Shown here: positions 20,706 to 24,694 of the stretch, in pieces
Numbering within the stretch: position 1 is the stretch's first letter
Layout: each line of letters begins with the position of its first letter
Source of the DNA: Emiliania huxleyi CCMP1516
Taxonomy: Eukaryota
DNA length: 24,694 bases
Direction: 5' to 3'
NCBI RefSeq assembly: GCF_000372725.1
Contig: NW_005201183.1
Location: 191,972 to 216,665 of the forward strand
The notes under the pieces: model-generated
Told to the model about the DNA's origin: nothing
The model's database searches: none
Seen by the model: only the letters and a program-made list of their open reading frames with translations
Made by a program: the position numbers and the translations under genes

Positions 20706-21088
20706 ACTCCCCTGCGTCACTACGTGCCTCCCCGTCTTTGTAGCCTGGCGTTTGTGCCCCGTTTGTGCCGCGTCCCGTGCCCCCGAGTTCATTTTATTAT
20801 ACCAGAGCTCTGACGTGAAAGAGACGTGGATGGGGTGTGTGTCCTGGGTGCCTCACTCACAGCTCTGCCACGTGCCGTGCGTGTGATCACAATTTGCGAC
20901 TCCTGTATGTTTCCCTGACAGTATTAAAGGCCCATTGCGCCGTGTTTTCAGCCAGGTTTGATCGCCCCAGCAGTGTCGGGGGCCCCGCAGGTTGTGCCCG
21001 GTGAGCTCGGGGTGCTGTCGGCTCTGAAAGAGGCGGCCTCATCACGAGGGCTACTGGCTACGTGCTCACAGCGTCTCCTGCTCGGGCG

Positions 21089-24000
21089 ATGCTGCTGCTC
21101 AGACGACCGCGGCGCACCGCCGTCGCCCGGGCGCGCGCCGCCTCGAGCGGCGCGGCGCAGTGGCGGCCGCCGCGCCGGCTGCCGCCCAAGCAGGGCCTGT
21201 ACGACCCGGCGCTCGAGCGAGACTCTTGCGGGGTGGGGATGGTGGCGCACCTAAAGGGGCAGGCGAGCCACGAGATCGTGCGCGACGCAAACACGATGCT
21301 GGTGCGGATGGCGCACCGCGGCGGTTGCGGCTGCGAGCCCTCCTCGGGCGACGGCGCTGGCATGCTCACCGGCATGCCGCACGCGTTTCTGACCGAGGCG
21401 GTCGGCGCAGACCTCGGTGTGGCGCTGCCAGCGGCGGGCGCGTTCGGCGCGGGCAACGTCTTCTTCCCGCGCGACCCCGCGGTCGTGGCCGAGTGCAAGG
21501 CGGTGGTCGAGCGCCACGTCTCGCGCCTTGGCCTGAGCCTGATCGGCTGGCGGCCGGTCCCGGTGGACAACTCCGCGCTCGGCCCGACGTCGCTCGAGTC
21601 GGAGCCGCACACAGAGATGCTGCTTGTGGGCGGGCCGTCCGGCGGCGCGCCGCTGCCCGAGGGAGCGCTCGACCGCGAGCTCTACCGCCTTCGCCTCGCC
21701 GCTTCGAACGAGATCCACGCGACGGGAGGCGACGCGGCGGCCGACTTTTACGTCTGCTCGCTCAACACGTGCGCACGCCTCGTGTCGCGACCGCGTCGGG
21801 GAGGGAGAGGAGGGCGCGGGCGAGGAGTCACGCACCTCGCGGAGTGTGCGTGTGTAGGTCGACTCTTGTCTACAAGGGCCAGCTCACGCCGGAGCAGGCG
21901 CGCGCGGCCCCTCCCCTACCGCCACGGTATCCGAACCCATCCCCGCCCCCCACGGTACCCGAACCCTGTGACAGGCGCGCGCGGCCCCTCCTCATATCTC
22001 CCCATATCTCCCCGTATCTCCCCATATCTCACGCGAGAGCAAGCGCGCGCGCCGCCCCTCCGCTCCCCTCGTCGTCCTCTCCCCTCCTCTCGTCCTCCCC
22101 TTGGCCGCCAATCCCCCGCCGCTTGCGCAGGTGTGGGGCTACTTCGTCGACCTCCAGTCCGCGCAGTACACCTCGCACCTCGCCCTCGTCCACTCGCGCT
22201 TCTCCACGAACACCTTCCCCTCGTGGGCGCGCGCGCAACCCTTCCGCGCCCTCTGCCACAACGGTGAGGCCCATAGTACCTCGCTGCACAGTAGCGCGCG
22301 CAACCCTTCCGCGCCCTCTGCCACAACGGTGAGGCCCATAGTACCTCGCTGCACAGTAGCGCGCGCAACCCTTCCGCGCCCTCTGCCACAACGGTGAGGC
22401 CCATAGTACCTCGCTGCACAGTAGCGCGCGCAACCCTTCCGCGCCCTCTGCCCGCAACGGCGAGAAGACCACAGCGGCGGGGGAGCACGAGTGCATCTGT
22501 CGGGCGACCGCATCGCCCCTCCTCGCGCGCAGGCGAGATCAACACGCTGCGCGGCAACAAGAACATGATGCGCTCGCGCGAGGCGCCGCTGCAGTCCGCC
22601 CCTCTCCGGCGATGCCCTCGTGTGCCACGGCCCCGACGCGCCCTCGGCATGTTCCGCAGGCGCTGCTGCAGTCCGCCTACTTCGGCGAGGCCATGTCGGA
22701 GCTCGGCCCAATCTGCTCCGACGATCTGTCCGACTCGGGCAACTTCGACGCCGTCGCCGAGCTGCTCCTCCGCGCAGGCGAGATCATCTCCCCCCATACC
22801 TCCCCATATCTCCCCGAGCTGCTCCTCCGCGCGGGCGAGATCCAGCCGAGATCTCGCTCGGGATTGCCGACCCCTCCGCGCGGGCTGCCGTCCTCCGCGC
22901 GAGTGTGCTGCCGCCCACTGCCTGCTCATGAGTGCTCTGCAGGCGACCGTCCGCTGCACGAGGCGGTGATGATGATGGTTCCCGAGGCGTGGCAGGGCAA
23001 GCCCGGCAGCCCGGCGCGCAAGGCCTTCTACGCGTACAACGCAAACCTGATGGAGCCGTGGGACGGGCCCGCGATGATGTCCTTCACCGACGGGAGATAC
23101 GTCGGCGCGTGCCTCGACCGGAATGGGCTGCGCCCCTCGCGGTGCCACGCTGCAACCGAGGGCGGCCGCCGGGGCAAGGTCGGGGCGTGGACGGGACGCG
23201 TGTCCGTCTGCCCGTTAGGTACTACGTGACTACGGACGATCGCGTGCTGCTCTCGTCTGAGGTTGGGGCGTCCCAGCCATCCCTCCCCTACCCCCACGGT
23301 ACCCGAACCCATCCCCTACCCCCACGGTACCCGAACCCCTCCCCTACCCCCCACGGTACCCGAACCCCTCCTCTACCCCCACGGTACCCGAACCCCTCCC
23401 CTACCCCCCACGGTACCCGAAACCCTCCCCTACCCCCCACGGTGCCTGAACCCCTCCCCTACCCCCCACGGTACCCCAACTCCTCCCCTACCCCCCCACG
23501 GTACCCGAACCCCTCCCCTACCCCCCACGGTACCCGAACCCCTCCCCTACCCCCCACGGTACCCGAACCCAGTGCTGCTCTATCTGAGGTGGGGGCGTAC
23601 CACTCACCACGTGGAGCAGCGGCGGCTGGCAAGCCCACCCCCCTCCCTCCCTCGCCCGCAGGTGGGCGTGCTCGACCACCACCTGTTCACAGCCGGACGT
23701 GTGAAGAGGCGCTGTTCACACCTCGCCCGCAGGTGGGCGTGCTCGACCACCTGGACGAGGCGGTCGTCAAGACAAAGGCGAGGCTCGAGCCGGGCCGCAT
23801 GTTCCTGATTGACTTTGCGCAGCAGCGCATCGTCCCCGACGAAGAGCTCAAGGAGACGATGGCGGCGGCGAGGCCGTACGAGGCGTGGATGGCGTCGCAG
23901 CCGCTCCTGCTGGACGAGTGGGTCGCGGAGGCGCGCAGTCCGCCGCACCGCCCCCTCCCCTCCCCCCTCCTCTCGGCTCTCACCCCGGGGGGGTGGACCC

Positions 24001-24694
24001 GACGCACAGGCGGCCGTACCGCCGGCGCCGCACCCGGCGCGCGGAACGCTAAACTCGACGCTCTCGATGCACGGCTTCACCAAGGAGTCGTCCGACCTGC
24101 TCGTCGCCGCAATGGCGCGCGGCGGCGGAGGCAGCTTGTCGGCACCGGCTCTAGACACGGCGTGTGTGAGCGATGGCGTCGCCTGGTCGCAGGCGCGCGG
24201 CAAGGAGGCGCTGGGCTCTATGGGCGTGGACACGCCGCTCGCCGCCCTCTCGTCGCAGCCGCGCATGCCGTCGCACTACTTCAAGCAGCTCTTCGCGCAG
24301 GCACCCCGCCTCACTCTCACCACGCCGCCCTTCCCGCGCCGCGTCGCACGGCTCCGCTCCCTCGCAGGTGACCAACCCGCCCATCGACCCGATCCGCGAG
24401 GAGATAGTCATGTCGCTCCAGACGCCGGTCCGACTACCCGGCCCTGCAGCCGCGGGCGTGTCCGCGACACGTCCGCGACACCGCGGCGTGCGCGCTGTAG
24501 GTTGGGCCGGAGGCGAACCTGCTCGAGGCGACCGAGGCGCACGCGCGGCGGCTCGTGCTGCCTCATCCGGTGCTATCGCTGCAGGAGCTCGAGGCGCTCA
24601 AGAGCGCGCCTCACAAGGGGTGGGCGGCGACCACACTCGACGCAACCTACCCGAAGAGCGAGGCGGACGCCTCGCCGACGGCGATGCGCGACGC
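21089..24694 (+). CDS. GLT1: Glutamate synthase (GOGAT), probably NAD(P)H-type; 5' portion, multi-exon, runs off window
   Basis: [108 protein letters not shown]. Confidence 0.95.
22229..22452 (+). repeat. 65-bp tandem repeat of exon end plus 30-bp insert, about 3.5 copies
   Basis: GGTGAGGCCC at 22263, 22328, 22393; each unit repeats the 35-nt exon end GCGCGCGCAACCC...CACAACG. Confidence 0.92.
23281..23570 (+). repeat. Intronic 28-29-mer array (CCCTCCCCTACCCCCCACGGTACCCGAAC), about 10 copies
   Basis: Directly visible; same unit occurs twice in another intron at about 21910-21967. Confidence 0.93.
23682..23720. repeat. 39-bp intron-associated core, copy 3, with 31-bp flanking duplication
   Basis: CCTGTTCACAGCCGGACGTGTGAAGAGGCGCTGTTCACA; perfect direct repeats at 23650-23680 and 23721-23751. 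Confidence 0.88.

Larger units (their letters stand above)
14377..20800 (+). mobile_element. 5'-truncated CRE-like non-LTR retrotransposon (element B) with nested insertions and cargo
   Basis: 10-bp TSD ACCAGAGCTC at 14367-14376 and 20801-20810; RT-thumb remnant, endonuclease remnant and 3' end GAGTTCATTTTATTAT similar to the 3' end of element A (GAGTTCTTTTGTTTA). Confidence 0.8.

Noticed and set aside
20924..20950. TTAAAGGCCC resembling the start of the TTAA element at 15179
   Set aside because: Only 9 bp match and no partner end in the window.
22229..22452. CRISPR-like repeat/spacer periodicity
   Set aside because: Spacers are identical, the repeat is exon sequence, the context is eukaryotic and no cas genes are present.

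Overview
GC-rich eukaryotic draft-assembly sequence with three N gaps (979-1078, 5643-6509, 16263-16362). Dense short introns with many GC-AG donors and 11-bp intronic repeats suggest a haptophyte like Emiliania/Gephyrocapsa huxleyi (inference). Host genes: an intronless F-box-like/RCC1-repeat gene plus a truncated paralog, a multi-exon NEMF/Rqc2 gene (minus), a small hypothetical gene, a cytochrome b5-like gene and the 5' part of a glutamate synthase. 11.6-20.8 kb is a resolvable mobile-DNA nest. It holds two CRE-like non-LTR retrotransposon derivatives with PD-(D/E)xK endonuclease, TSDs and non-element cargo (one cargo is a sulfotransferase pseudogene). It also holds a palindromic MITE (8-bp TSD) carrying a TA-TSD MITE and two tandem TTAA-TSD elements. 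The most striking signal is intron architecture. Many introns are a 13-36 bp duplication of host sequence around a short insert drawn from a reused vocabulary (11-mer arrays, 28-29-mer arrays, a 39-bp core, an AT-rich hairpin) that often supplies the splice site. This points to an intron-generating insertion system. All calls are by eye; no searches were run.
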